This document shows positions 1 to 64,000 of a stretch of DNA of 64,000 nt, one piece after another. Position 1 is the stretch's first letter, and each line of letters starts with the position of its first letter. Origin of the DNA: Laetmonice hystrix (lineage: Eukaryota); assembly GCA_965235115.1 (NCBI GenBank), contig OZ249445.1, positions 14,012,001 to 14,076,000 of the forward strand, read 5' to 3'. The position numbers and the translations under genes are program-made. The notes beneath the pieces were generated by a model. It had not been told where the DNA came from. It did no database searches and worked only from the letters and a program-made list of their open reading frames with translations.

Positions 1-62378
<62,378 letters not shown>

Positions 62379-64000
62379 GGTGGACTATATGGGTCAGCTC
62401 TCTGTTACTGATGTAAGTTACTGTTGACCTCACTTGGCCAAAGCCTTTGCTAAGATAGCTGAGTGATGTTTGTGTTCCTCGAATTCCTGGAAATGGCAGT
62501 GTGAGTGTGCGGACTGCCCGGTGACGGCGCTACTGCAGGTGCTGTGTTCTGACCTATAGGGTCATTGAAGGTGAAGACAGAATGACAGCAAGTGGAGTGC
62601 GACACAATCTGCCACGGTTCAGTCAATGCGCAGCTGGCTGGACGGATGGTGACACGGGCCTCAGCCAGGAGACACAATCTGATGGAAGGAGGTGGGCAGG
62701 CAGGTGCGGGACACAACAACACGTCGTTTGTAAACCAAGCGATCTGTGAGTCAGTCGACCCAAGTCTGTCTCCCTCACTCCTGTGCCAGTCTCAGGACCT
62801 AAGTCTCTCCTTCAGTGGTTGCCGGTGATTATGTCACTAGTTCACCACGTGACTCAGCCTGGCACTGACCTGGAAGTAGATGCCTTTACAGGAACTGGGC
62901 ACCGTGTTACTGGTTCTACTAGAAGAATTCAGTGATCTACATAAAGATATGCGAACAGCACTGAACACTTGGATATATGTGGACAGACGAAGCAAGAAGA
63001 TGAACCTAGGGCGGCGGTGCTATAGTATAATATGCTTGACGTATTTCATAAAGATCTCATTGATCGACGAGACTGATATCTTCGACTGTATCACCTGGGT
63101 TATAGGATGCCAAGCGTGTCGAATGTCAACTTAAGTGTCAGTCAATAATTGAAGCAAGATGCTGATGTCTTCCGTGCAGATGCACTTCGTTCTATACACA
63201 AGCAATCGCAGGGTAAATATACAAACCCTGTGGGGTGCCAAACCAGCCCTAGCTGATGAAGAGTTTCAAAACACCTATCTGACGTTGCCTTTTGCCTTTC
63301 AAAGGACCAAAGTTTTATACAACCTTAGTACGACGTGTTGATCCGCTAATAATCCAGATAATCCTGTGAATCGGCTTGGGATATCAGATGTTAATCCAGA
63401 CTGGTGGAGCACGCGGCGCTCTCAATGGTCCTTCGGTCCTGCCCAAAATATTCCAGTCCCAATGATACCAATGCTACCCTCAATTCTGAGTTACCTTGGT
63501 ATCTATGTATGGGACTTAGCAGGTATAATATTGTTGGTTTCCAACCCTGAAACCACCTGGACTTGTATAATCAATGCTGCTGATGCCTAGATGCTCACAC
63601 AGAGAGGCGCCCTACACGTGCTACAGAGGCTGAGCTGTAGGCTGACCGGTATCAGCCTCCCTTCCACGACAATCTGTCTCTGTCTGGCTGCGTGGGTATA
63701 TGAGATCAAGGTTGACTTGTAATAATGCTGTGGCTGTAATAACGACAGCCCTGAGCAGCCAGACTAGGGGGCCTTCCACGCTGATGGGTCCAAGGAACCA
63801 CAACACTCACAGCATGCTGATCACCCACACAAACTCAACACCGGCTCTGCTTTACTATGCGTGGTTAGGGGCCCCAGACCCACCTCTGAACGGGCTGCAT
63901 ATCATTACGGCAGCATCAGAAGTTCAGTGCCATACGTTAGACCGGCCTCTCGTCTAGGCAGCCTCCACACCGGCTGGCCAATTCCCATTGGCTTATTGAC

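Noticed and set aside
62880-63134. 84-aa + strand ORF from an ATG, divergent from the long first exon
   Set aside because: No recognisable family, no clear splice signals; length within chance expectation.

Overview
This is eukaryotic genomic DNA, not prokaryotic. It most likely comes from a bilaterian invertebrate (GT-AG introns, long introns full of minisatellites and MITEs, an excess of TACATGTA); the species cannot be determined. Essentially the whole window is the 5' part of one minus-strand gene, a dihydropyrimidinase / collapsin-response-mediator-protein (DPYS/CRMP, unc-33-like) gene whose 3' end runs off the left edge. I rebuilt by hand a frame-consistent chain of coding exons (34361 down to 1; 407 codons) containing the amidohydrolase metal ligands. 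Two features stand out. (1) A tandem pair of paralogous 121-nt exons (3427-3547 and 2813-2933) that can only be used one at a time: one keeps the metal-binding His (VVHVMSK, enzyme-like), the other replaces it with Arg (ITRVMSK, like non-catalytic CRMPs). (2) A distant 108-codon first exon (62055-62378) resembling the N-terminal extension of vertebrate long CRMP isoforms, alongside a short first exon (34317-34361) and several weaker candidate first exons. Eight unrelated tandem arrays (about 6.2 kb), five kinds of MITE-like element (two with exact 5-bp flanking duplications) and a stop-riddled coding remnant fill the introns. All family comparisons are from memory; no searches were run.
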